From: an uncultured virus (IMG/VR IMGVR_UViG_2061766007_000671)
Taxonomy: Duplodnaviria > Heunggongvirae > Uroviricota > Caudoviricetes
IMG/VR virus record: IMGVR_UViG_2061766007_000671
Direction: 5' to 3' (one strand)
DNA: 64,000 bases
Part shown: positions 50,649-59,850 of the stretch, in pieces
Layout: every line of letters starts with the position of its first letter
How positions within the stretch are numbered: position 1 is the stretch's first letter
Made by a program: the position numbers and the translations under genes
The notes under the pieces: model-generated
What the model was told of the DNA's origin: nothing
What the model saw: the letters and a program-made list of their open reading frames with translations, nothing else
The model's database searches: none

Positions 50649-51776
50649 ATGGCGAATAAAGCGTTCAAATTTAGGCTATATCCGAATCGAGAACAGGAAG
50701 AACTGATCCAAAAAACATTTGGTTGTGTGAGGTTCGTCTATAACTACTTTCTTGAAGATAGGATTGCGGCATATAAAGAGAACGGAGAGAGCCGCACGTT
50801 CTTTCAGCAGAATAAGATGCTTACGGCGTTGAAGCATGAATATCCGTGGCTACAAGAGCCGGACAAGAACGCTTTGCAGAATGCGTTGCGGGATTTGAAT
50901 ACTGCATATCAGAACTTCTTCCGCAGGGTAAAGCAAGGCAGTGCTCCTGGGTTTCCAAAGTTCAAAAGCAAAAAGACGGACAGAAAATCTTATGCAACCG
51001 CCTGTGCAAACGGCAATGACATTCGACTTACCGGAAACAGGATTCGCTTTCCGAAACTCGGATGGGTAAAGGCGAAGGTAAGCCGTGAAATACCAAAAGA
51101 CCATCGAATAATCTCTGCCACCATATCCCAAGAACCAAGTGGAAATTATTACGCCGCCATTGTGACGGAATACGAATTTGTCCCTCCTGAGATTGAACTT
51201 GACAGCAATAATGCGCTCGGACTTGACTATAGCTCACCTCACTTCTATGTGGACAGTGAAGGGGATGTATCCGATATGCCCCACTTCTACCGAGATGCGG
51301 AGAGAAGGTTAGCAAGAGAGCAACGCAAACTGTCCAAGATGGTCAAGGGTAGCAACAATTACCAGAAGCAGAAAATCAAGGTGGCTCGTGCGTATGAGAA
51401 GGTTCGATTCTGCCGTGCCGACTGGCAGCACAAGGAGAGTACGCGGCTGGCAAACCAGTACGACTTCATATGCGTAGAGGACATCAACTATCAGGATATG
51501 GGGCGAGGCTTACATCTTGCCAAAGCCACCAACGACAACGCTTTCGGTCGGTTTAGACATATGCTCGCCTACAAGATGGCAGAGCGTAGAAAGAAACTTA
51601 TCACGATAGACAAGTGGTATCCTTCTTCCAAGACCTGTCGATTCTGTGGGACTGTGAACTCCGAGCTAACTCTGAAAGGCCGGGAGTGGACTTGCCCCAG
51701 TTGCGGGGCACACATTGACCGCGATCTTAATGCGGCAATCAATATAAAAAATGAGGGTTTAGCTAATGTCAGTTAG
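50649..51776 (+). CDS. tnpB: TnpB RNA-guided endonuclease
   Basis: KFRLYPN..Q, FG..RFVYN, GFPKFKSK; RuvC D (GLDY), E (VED), D (DRDLNAAINI); CRFC...CPSC zinc finger. Confidence 0.95.
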   Translation: MANKAFKFRLYPNREQEELIQKTFGCVRFVYNYFLEDRIAAYKENGESRTFFQQNKMLTALKHEYPWLQEPDKNALQNALRDLNTAYQNFFRRVKQGSAPGFPKFKSKKTDRKSYATACANGNDIRLTGNRIRFPKLGWVKAKVSREIPKDHRIISATISQEPSGNYYAAIVTEYEFVPPEIELDSNNALGLDYSSPHFYVDSEGDVSDMPHFYRDAERRLAREQRKLSKMVKGSNNYQKQKIKVARAYEKVRFCRADWQHKESTRLANQYDFICVEDINYQDMGRGLHLAKATNDNAFGRFRHMLAYKMAERRKKLITIDKWYPSSKTCRFCGTVNSELTLKGREWTCPSCGAHIDRDLNAAINIKNEGLANVS

Positions 51777-51881
51777 CGACAAAAATAAGAACCGTGGGAC
51801 GCACGGGGATAGCTCGTTTATGCTTGGGCGGTCGCGTCCATCGAGCGAGAATCCCCCGGCTTTAGCCGTGGGGAGCGTCAA

Positions 51882-52059
51882 AGAGGGAGAAGACTACTGC
51901 ATCGTCCAGTGCGGTGACACGCTGGAGAGTCTTGCCGAAAAGTACCTCGGCAGTCCGCAGCTCGTTCCCCTGCTGAGAGAGCTGAACAGCGTAACAGACC
52001 CACTCGTTCCCGGCAGTCTGCTTTGGCTTCACCCGGATGGGCTTGAGCCGGAGCGTTAA
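51882..52059 (+). pseudogene. LysM-domain protein interrupted by the IS (ATGAA left at 50343-50347)
   Basis: YCIVQCGDTLESLAEKYLG.....L.ELN...DPL.PGSLL LysM pattern. Confidence 0.75.
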
Positions 52060-52379
52060 ACATATATCTAATTAAAAAATAAAGGAGAATGATACCAATG
52101 GCGTATGAAATCAAATCCATCGCGTACCCCGCCGTGAAGCCCATCATGGAGATCGAAGCGGACAGCCTTTCCGACATCGCCTCTCTGGAGGGCATGGCCG
52201 AGGGCAGCACCTGCAAGGTCAGTGACACCACCTATGTGTATGATGAAGTCAACGGATGGGCGGAAGCCGGAAGCCAGGGGCAGGAACTGCCTGCGTTCCC
52301 CACGGAGAACGGCAACTACCACCTGAAGTGNNNNNNNNNNNNNNNNNNNNNNNNNNAGCGCTCACCTGAAGCACAAATA

Positions 52380-52424
52380 AAGAAAGCCCCTGTGACGCAC
52401 CAGAATGCGCTACAGGGGCTTTTT
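52380..52424. terminator. bidirectional terminator between the convergent genome arms
   Basis: AAAGCCCCTGT...ACAGGGGCTTTT with A/T tracts on both sides. Confidence 0.75.
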
Positions 52425-52439
52425 GTTGCGATAATGTAA

Positions 52440-53468
52440 TTACACTCGCAACATACGCAACTTCTCCACGGAGCGCCGCAGTGCGTCTGCGACGAAACTA
52501 AACTCTTCCGGCGTAGTTTCAGGGCAGAAAGACAGGCGGATGGTGGAGAGCGCCTGTTCTTCGGTCAGCCCGGATGCGAGAAGAACACGGGAAGGTTCAT
52601 CGGAGTCGGCGGTGCAGGCGGAACCGGCGGAAGCGAACACGCCGTTGACATCCAGCATGGTCAGCAGTTCCCTTGCGTTCACGCCGTCGAAACGGACGGA
52701 GAGGATATTGGGTAATCTGTTCCCCTCGCCAACTGGCGTGTTTATATGACCTCCGGGTATATCGCAGACGGCGTTGGCAAGGAGAAGCTGTTGTGAATAC
52801 AGATAGTCTTGCGCTTCTTTCCTGTGAAGCGTCCGATAAAACAGCGCCTCGGCCATAGCCAGAGCGAGAGCCACGGGCGGAGTGCCGGGGAATGTATCAT
52901 CATCCTTTACTCCCCCACGGACATAGATAAATCCCACGCCGGGAAACGCTCCGAATTTGTGTCCACCTGCGGCAAGGGCGGCGACGCCCAGATCCTGCAC
53001 ATCCACGGGGATCTGCCCCACGGCTGCGGTGGCATCGGTGAATATCGTTTTGCCGGAGTTCGCAAGACGTTTCACTTTTCCACTGTATATCTCTCCTGTT
53101 TCGTTGTTGGCAAGCATATGGGCGTAGGCTGTCATGTCGGGAAGACACCATATATTGATGAAACGAGTGTGCTCCCACACAGCTTTGTGCTCATAGTCGG
53201 AGCAAGCGCCGATGTTCATGACATTGATGGCGAACTGGCAGGCAGCAGTGGCGGACGTCGTGAACGCAATCTCGGACGGCTGGGCGTTGATGCAGTGCGC
53301 TATGATTTCGCGGGCTTCTTCCAGCTTCTTTCTCGCTTCACGACCGTATGTATGGACGCTGTTGGGATTGCCCCACCCCTCGGCATACGCCTTGGACATG
53401 ACATCCCACGCAACCTTGAGAACGGGTGCAGACGCCGCGCAGTCGGCGTAAACGGAGTCAACGCTCAT
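52440..53468 (-). CDS. iscS: cysteine desulfurase (IscS/NifS, class I PLP enzyme)
   Basis: Y.D.AA..P, GNP.S.H, NNETG, TDA..AVG, GHKFG (PLP lysine), SAGSAC (catalytic Cys), IRLS. Confidence 0.9.
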   Translation of the reverse strand: MSVDSVYADCAASAPVLKVAWDVMSKAYAEGWGNPNSVHTYGREARKKLEEAREIIAHCINAQPSEIAFTTSATAACQFAINVMNIGACSDYEHKAVWEHTRFINIWCLPDMTAYAHMLANNETGEIYSGKVKRLANSGKTIFTDATAAVGQIPVDVQDLGVAALAAGGHKFGAFPGVGFIYVRGGVKDDDTFPGTPPVALALAMAEALFYRTLHRKEAQDYLYSQQLLLANAVCDIPGGHINTPVGEGNRLPNILSVRFDGVNARELLTMLDVNGVFASAGSACTADSDEPSRVLLASGLTEEQALSTIRLSFCPETTPEEFSFVADALRRSVEKLRMLRV

Positions 53469-53730
53469 GTATAATCACTCCCCTCTCCATTCGCTTCTCG
53501 CGGAAGTATCTGTCTCTGCCGTCAGCCCTCTTGACATTACGACATTTGGTGCATTCGGTGGACTTTCCGTACCGCAGGTTGTTTCCGACGACCGAGGATA
53601 TCGTTCCGCAGTCGCACTGGCATACCCACATCGGCATATAAGGAGGGGAATCGGTATTGTCCGGGTCACGATACAGCACCGTCCACGATCCGAAGCGCAT
53701 CCCGGTCAAGTCAATCAGTTGTCTTGCCAA
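53458..53730 (-). CDS. Zn-ribbon module of the AP2/HNH endonuclease type (no nuclease domain seen)
   Basis: DLTG.RFG.WTV...W.CQCDCG....V....LR.G. Confidence 0.65.
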   Translation of the reverse strand: MARQLIDLTGMRFGSWTVLYRDPDNTDSPPYMPMWVCQCDCGTISSVVGNNLRYGKSTECTKCRNVKRADGRDRYFREKRMERGVIIHER

Positions 53731-53963
53731 TCGTCGTCTTTCCTTTCTCCACTCGCACAAAAAAATGTGGGAGATCTACGCAGACCCAGGGCTTCGCAGA
53801 TAAAGTATTTCCCAATAGGCGTGGCGTTAGCGCAGTCCTTGCACCGCACAACATCTACATAGTCGTTCTCAAACAGAAAATCTGCGATGATTTCTGCTTT
53901 CTCGATTGTTTCCCGGCGCTCCGGGTCTTGCTTGAGTTCTTCCATCATTTCGTCAAAGGTCAT
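53715..53963 (-). CDS. hypothetical protein
   Basis: VVRCKDC...FFCASGER motif. Confidence 0.6.
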   Translation of the reverse strand: MTFDEMMEELKQDPERRETIEKAEIIADFLFENDYVDVVRCKDCANATPIGKYFICEALGLRRSPTFFCASGERKDDDWQDN

Positions 53964-53964
53964 G

Positions 53965-54333
53965 TCACCACCTCATCCACAGATGTTCCAGCGGGATTTC
54001 GTTCCAAGACCAATCGCCGCTCACAATCTCTCCGATTTTCTCCACAATAGAGTCAAGGCACTCCTTCGCAGATGATACAGTCCCCCACCCATTTTCAGCG
54101 TTGTATTTCTTGTACCGCTGTGGATAAAGCGTAAGCTCTTCCTGCCCGTGTCTGATCTTCGGAAAGACCTCTGCGCAGTTGTACCACTCGCCCTGCTTGT
54201 AGTCCCAGCCCATACAGGCCACGAACATATCACGCAGATTGTAGGTGGGAGAGGAATACTGCGGCTCGTCAATCACGGCGATGTATCCGTTCATGCCTTC
54301 AACCTTAACACCGAAGCGAATGTCATAGCTCAT
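53965..54333 (-). CDS. hypothetical phage protein
   Basis: TYNL..MF, Y...NGWG motif. Confidence 0.6.
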   Translation of the reverse strand: MSYDIRFGVKVEGMNGYIAVIDEPQYSSPTYNLRDMFVACMGWDYKQGEWYNCAEVFPKIRHGQEELTLYPQRYKKYNAENGWGTVSSAKECLDSIVEKIGEIVSGDWSWNEIPLEHLWMRW

Positions 54334-54746
54334 TCTGTTTTCTCCTTCGGCGGCTCCGGGATCGGCATCCAGTGGGTAATTGACGGCCATTCCTGTTCTT
54401 CATTCCCGTCAATCCATACCTTATACTTGAAGTTGTAATAGGCTTTTCTGTAGGTGAACCCTTCTGTTCCAAGGACTTCGACAGAAAAAGTCGTGTCCCC
54501 ATAGGTTTCCCCTTCTGGAGGAAGCTCCGTCACGGGAATCCACTTCGGCACAATTCTTATGCGTGTGCTTCCATCTTCCCCCATCACCATATCAGTGGTA
54601 AGCGCATCCTCCATCATTTTCATGGTCGCTTGCAGTTTCTCTATGACATCGGCGGCTTTATCCATGTAAATTACCGCCATCCCATATCGTTTTCCAAGTT
54701 TTGAGCATTCACGCAGGACTTCTACCAGTTCCTCATACTCAGCCAT
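54330..54746 (-). CDS. DUF551-like protein
   Basis: WIPVTELP...ITHWMPIPEPP. Confidence 0.7.
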   Translation of the reverse strand: MAEYEELVEVLRECSKLGKRYGMAVIYMDKAADVIEKLQATMKMMEDALTTDMVMGEDGSTRIRIVPKWIPVTELPPEGETYGDTTFSVEVLGTEGFTYRKAYYNFKYKVWIDGNEEQEWPSITHWMPIPEPPKEKTE

Positions 54747-55706
54747 TGTCTTTCTCCTCAAACTTGTCGCAGGATTCTGAGCGGTGGCGCAATGCACCCT
54801 TGATGAACTCGCAACGGCTGTACCTACCGTCATATTCCGTTTTCTCCGACCAATGCTTGCAATTCTTGCAGTAGCGATTGCTTATGCCGAATGTCTTTCT
54901 GACATCATCGGTGAACTCCACAAGGTACTTCTCGATGCGTTCCTGCCTCCCGTGTTCCGTGAACCACTTCTCCTTGAAAGCGTCACGGGCTTCGTTCCAA
55001 TCGCCCACGCCGGTATCGGCGGACAAATACCNNNNNNNNNNNNNNNNNNNNNNNCGCCAGATCCGACACCAGCTCGTTCAGTTCCTTGTCGCCGAAGTCC
55101 TTGTCATGCCCCTGCAAAGTGCAGTAGAAGTAATCAAGCGCCCCACCGCTCATGTTTCATGCTCCTTTCCGTAGTGCTTCTCCCAGTATTCCTTGGCCTC
55201 TTCCGGCGTATCGAAACTCATATCCCCCATAGCAAGCGCCTGACATACCCAAGGCATACCGTAGGCGNNNNNNNNNNTCTTTTCCCATGATGTAATTGGT
55301 GTACAGGCGAGGCTCATTTTCTTCGGTCATAGTACGCTCCTTCCATGTCTCTGATCCTGATGTGCATGGCGGTGACGATTACCAACGCCACCACCACACC
55401 CATGAACGCCCAAAACTCAATCGGCATTGGGCTTCCTCACCTTCCCGTTGGCTGCGTTACGATACCTGGGCGGCAGATTCAGCACCGTCACCAGTGCATC
55501 GTCGGAAAAGATGTACACCTTTTCCGCTCGGACATACACGTTGGTCGTGTTGGGGTTATAGTAATAAACAGCGTCCAAATATCTGCGCAGACTTCCGCTT
55601 GTGTCCTTACGTTCTACGCCCTCGTTCCTCGCCTTGACCGCCAGCTTTCTCACAGCGCTGCGTGGAACACCCACACGCTGTCGGATTCGCTTGTCCGCAT
55701 GGTACG

Positions 55707-56243
55707 TTACCCCAAGCTGTTCACCGCCTTTTCGATGGCATTGATCTTGCGGTTAAGTTCGTCGCGCTGGGTACGAAGGTCAACGTACTCATAGTTGCCC
55801 GCATCCCACGCAATGAGATCGCCGTCATGGTATTCTTCCGGCATCTCAAAGCAACGCTCCCAGTCGTGGATAGCCCGGAAAAGTTCAACGGCTTTCTCCT
55901 CGTTGCGGATGACGAAATACATGAACTTATCATATACTTCGTCCAGACTAAATGGGATGATGTTGAACTCGTCATCAAGAAAGATGACGGCTTCATTGGC
56001 ATCGTCGAACCGATGCTCGTAGGCGTAGCAATCCGCCTCGGAGTAGAACTCTTCTCCGTCATCTGCGACATAGGTTGTAACAATTTTCATAGGCTCACTC
56101 TCCTTATCTCTGAATTTATGTGTTCTGTTTTCCACGCACCACTGGCACGAGCCGTGGTTTCGGCAAGTGCAGTCGATTGCTTTCGACCCACGGTAAGGTT
56201 TGCGCTTCTCCTTGCCGTGGGTTATGGCTTTGTCAAGGCTCAC
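55707..56243 (-). CDS. hypothetical protein (possibly two fused or nested genes)
   Basis: MSLDKAI.HGKE.RKPY..CRNHG.C..C module, then an internal RBS before MKIVTTY. Confidence 0.55.
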   Translation of the reverse strand: MSLDKAITHGKEKRKPYRGSKAIDCTCRNHGSCQWCVENRTHKFRDKESEPMKIVTTYVADDGEEFYSEADCYAYEHRFDDANEAVIFLDDEFNIIPFSLDEVYDKFMYFVIRNEEKAVELFRAIHDWERCFEMPEEYHDGDLIAWDAGNYEYVDLRTQRDELNRKINAIEKAVNSLG

Positions 56244-56739
56244 GGTAAATACGTCGCCTCTGATTCCATATCTCTATGGCTTCTTCTTTTGAGTGACGCC
56301 AACCGCCCTCTGCCCCACACCCACCCTCGTCATAAGGACATCGGACGGCGTAGCGGTCACGGAATCCATCCTTCCCTGGGATGGTTATGAGCACCACACG
56401 ATGGAAGCCACAGTGCGGACATTCCCTCACCCCGNNNNNNNNNNCTCGGCTTTCCACCGCCGCCATGCCCAAAACTTCCACATGGGCGGCTCACGGTCGA
56501 GCCACTTGCCGAACTCGGCAATGTACTGGAGCCGCATATTGTAGCGGCGCTTATGCTCACGACTTTCGCTCATGTTTCCCCCTCTTTTCTGCAAATCTTT
56601 CCAGTTCTTCAATGTCCAGAAGGACACTGATGATTAAGCAGGCGGCAATCACGAGCAAGGTGGCAAGGATACCGCCAAGGCAAAACTGGATAACCCCCTG
56701 CACAAATGCCTGCGACATTTTTTCACCCCCTGTTGAAGN

Positions 56740-57641
56740 NNNNNNNNNNNNNNNNNNACATTGAACCGTGCGGCGTAGATTTTCGTGGTGGCTACGGACG
56801 CATGGCCCATCGTCTCGGAGATCAGCTCCATAGGAACATTGTTCTCCAGCAGGACGGAAGCGTAGCAGTGACGCATGGCGTGGGAGCGGCAGGACTTGTC
56901 CTCGCCCAGCACGGCCTTGGTGTAATACTTGATGCGGTTGGACAGCTCGTCCCGGTTCATCTGATTCCAGCTCCCATCCTTGCCCACGGAGCCGAAGAGG
57001 AAATCCTCGTTGCCCACATGGGCAGGACGCAGGCCGCTCTCCATGTACGCTCTCACGGCGTTCTGTGCGGCCTGAGAGAACAGCACGGCGCGAGGCTTGT
57101 CGCCCTTGGTGTCCTGTGGATACGCCACACCATTTTCCCAGTCAAGATCGCACGGGCGCAGAGAGCGGATCTCGGAGTTGCGAAGCCCGGACTGGAGCAG
57201 GAGAGTGACCTCTGCCTTTTCACGCAGCCATGTGGGAGACTGCCGCGCATACTTGGGGCGGACGCAGTTGATAAGCTCTTCTGCATCCTTATCGGTCAGA
57301 ACGTGCTCATACGGCTTGCTCCGCTCCGTGTTCAGCTTCTTTTTGGAGGGCATCATGTCCTCATCGAAGAACGGCTTGTCCACGATCTCACGGCTCACCG
57401 CACGATTGGACAGCGCACGGATGTGGGTGAGGTACAGAGCCAGGGACGTGGGCTTGACCCCGGCGGTGTCGGCAAACTTCCACACGGCATCGGCGCAGAT
57501 GTCGGTATAGCCGTTGCGCTCCATGGAATCACGGAGCAGATGGTAGGTCTTGGTGTAGGAACGAATGCTGTCCTTGGACATCTCGTTCCGCTTCATCGTG
57601 GTCACATAAGCATCCACTGCGGCATCAAACTTCTCAAACAT
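56740..57641 (-). CDS. tyrosine recombinase (XerC/D-like; 3' end in gap)
   Basis: GLRNSE (R), KGDKPR (K), HAMRH (HxxR), MGHAS..TT.IY (H, Y). Confidence 0.9.
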
Positions 57642-58420
57642 GGTGCTCTCCTTTCTTTCTTCACATTTTCTTGAGGATTTTTCTGCAAATCCTCACATTT
57701 TCAGAACGACTCCTGGTCGAAGATCCTGCTGAACGCTATGCGCACAGCTTCACGGGGGTTCTCAGCCTGCACCACGCGCTTGTCGATTTCGTAACCGTCA
57801 TCGTTGGTGATCGTGATGGTGTAGGTCTTCTTCTTCGTCTGGTTTTTCTGCTTGCCTTTCAGAACCATAGCTGATCCTCCTCTGTGTTTACTGGGACGCA
57901 CTTCTCATTGAAGTAGTCGGTCACATCCTGCCGGATCGTGACGGTGTNNNNNNNNNNNNNNNNNNNNNNNNNNNNNNNNNNNNNNNNNNNNNNNNNNNNN
58001 TTCTCACAGTGCGCCGTGACGATGTGCTCACCGTGGCGGTCTTTCACGCACAGCCGGTCGCCGGTCTTGACATCGGCATCCAACGGGAGTTCGTAGAGAT
58101 ACGCCCGCGCATCCGACGCATGGTGCTTGCAGTACACAAGGTTGTGGTATTTCATGATGCCTTACCTCCTATATCTTTTTTAAGATTTTTCAGCAGAAAC
58201 TTTGCTTCGCTCCTCGACAGCTCGGTAAAATCCATGAGCATTCTCAGCTCGTCAGACTGCCCAGCGAAGTTCTTGTACAGATCTCGGATTTCCCGATAGG
58301 TGTACGGAACGAAGTCCCTCGCATTCAGTCGCAGTGCGTGAGTTGCGTTTGCCATTGCGTTTGTTCTCCTTTCTCCTTAGTGGAATGACTATACCACCGA
58401 TGTCAAGCACATCAGGGCAT

Positions 58421-58452
58421 AAAAAAAGAGCCGCACTTTCGTGCAGCTCTGC
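58421..58452 (-). terminator. rho-independent terminator
   Basis: AGAGCTGCAC-GAAA-GTGCGGCTCT followed by a T tract on the - strand. Confidence 0.75.
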
Positions 58453-58471
58453 ATGATTTTTGTGTGGAGTT

Positions 58472-58897
58472 TTACTTGAAGTCAGACCAGATGTTAAAGA
58501 TCTGGAAGTATGCAACGGCAACGCCGTGCTCTTCTTCCATTGACGGCTTGTCCGCTGTCTCTATCATCTGCTGGATGAGGTACTTTTCTCCGGGGGTAAA
58601 GTTCTCGCTGAAGAATGCAAGCTTTGCCATCGTCCAGTCTGATTCGCGGTCGAAGACTGGAATTCCCAGAATCAGAATATCTTTGTTTCTGGCAAGCATA
58701 TCGGCGTAGCGCGTGAGCTTTTCTGCCTTCTTCTTTGCGATGGGGTTTTTCTTTGTTCCGCGTTTCCCATCACCGAAAGGTTCAGCCAGCATGTCGAAAA
58801 CTTTTTCGTCTGTAGCCCCGGCGTCCTTGAGCATCTCCACAAGTTCTGAAACAGGCGTCGGCTTCTCGTTCTCTACGAATCTAATGGCGTCCGCCAT
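58472..58897 (-). CDS. hypothetical protein
   Basis: ORF ending before the terminator. Confidence 0.55.
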   Translation of the reverse strand: MADAIRFVENEKPTPVSELVEMLKDAGATDEKVFDMLAEPFGDGKRGTKKNPIAKKKAEKLTRYADMLARNKDILILGIPVFDRESDWTMAKLAFFSENFTPGEKYLIQQMIETADKPSMEEEHGVAVAYFQIFNIWSDFK

Positions 58898-59144
58898 GTC
58901 AAGNNNNNNNNNNNNNNNNNNNNNNNNNNNNNNNNNNNNNNNNNNNNNNNNNNNNNNNNNNNNNNNNNNNCGCGCTTATAGTCAAAGCAGTCCTGCGAAA
59001 AATAAGAATGAAGTTCATCGCGCGCCCACTCTTCTTCTCCCAGCTTCTCGACCTCCCTGTCTATCGACTCCCAGTCAAGGTTCTCCAGTTCCTCGTCCCA
59101 TGTATTGTCCATATGTACGTCTCCTTCCTGTAGATTTTGAAATA

Positions 59145-59173
59145 ATTATAGCGGCCTGATATTTAAATATCAA
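59145..59173 (-). promoter_or_regulatory. sigmaA-type promoter with overlapping palindrome
   Basis: TTGATA-N17-TATAAT on the - strand. Confidence 0.75.
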
Positions 59174-59850
59174 GCCGCACTTTTCCGCACGGGGAGAAGA
59201 AGCCCGTCCCCCTTTTCGCTCTTAAAGATGATGGGTTTCACCAACCCATCGCAGGTAGCCACCGCACCGGGCAGAAGATCGACCATGTCCTTGAGCCACT
59301 TGGCGTCCACCCACGGCAGGCCAGCGCCGAAATCATACAGAACTTTGCCGTCAGATGTTCTCTTGGAGTTTGGGTCTGCGATGTAAGCCCTCAGTTCCGC
59401 AGAAGAGGGAAGGTCGAGCGTTGTCGGCTGCGGTTCCGTTGGGTAGACCTTGGCGAGGTCGAACGGCGTGGGAGTTTCCACCTGCTTCAGCCCATCCACG
59501 GGAACATTCAGCCGGACGGCGCGGTATCCATCGCAGACGCACTGGCGTCCATCAGAGTCGAGCCAAGCACCGCACAGATCCCGGCGGTAGTCGGGGATTC
59601 CCTTGATGAATTTCTTGAGGATGGTGTAGGCAGAACCGCCTTTGCTCTTGGAGATTTCTTCCTTGGCCATGCACCAAATCTCAAGAGCCGAAGTCACATC
59701 CCCGATGTAGGCACACTTGAGCCACGGCTCCGGGTCTTTGGTGACTTTCTCGTAAAAAGTCAGCCCATCTTTCTCTCCCTGCAAATGGATGCAGGCGTTG
59801 CGCAGGACATCGCAGGCGTTGGTGTACAGCTTTTCAATGTTTATACTCAT
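59170..59850 (-). CDS. protein with sliding-clamp (DnaN)-like motifs
   Basis: VCDGYRAVRL, VDAKWLKDMVDLL, KPIIF...GLLLPVR resemble beta-clamp motifs. Confidence 0.45.
   Translation of the reverse strand: MSINIEKLYTNACDVLRNACIHLQGEKDGLTFYEKVTKDPEPWLKCAYIGDVTSALEIWCMAKEEISKSKGGSAYTILKKFIKGIPDYRRDLCGAWLDSDGRQCVCDGYRAVRLNVPVDGLKQVETPTPFDLAKVYPTEPQPTTLDLPSSAELRAYIADPNSKRTSDGKVLYDFGAGLPWVDAKWLKDMVDLLPGAVATCDGLVKPIIFKSEKGDGLLLPVRKSAA

Larger units (their letters stand above)
50348..51881 (+). mobile_element. IS200/IS605-family TnpB-only element (no tnpA)
   Basis: Left hairpin CCCCTGCC-TTT-AGGCATGGGG; right end GAATCCCCCGGCTTTAGCCGTGGGAGCGTCAA; removing it restores a LysM ORF. Confidence 0.85.
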
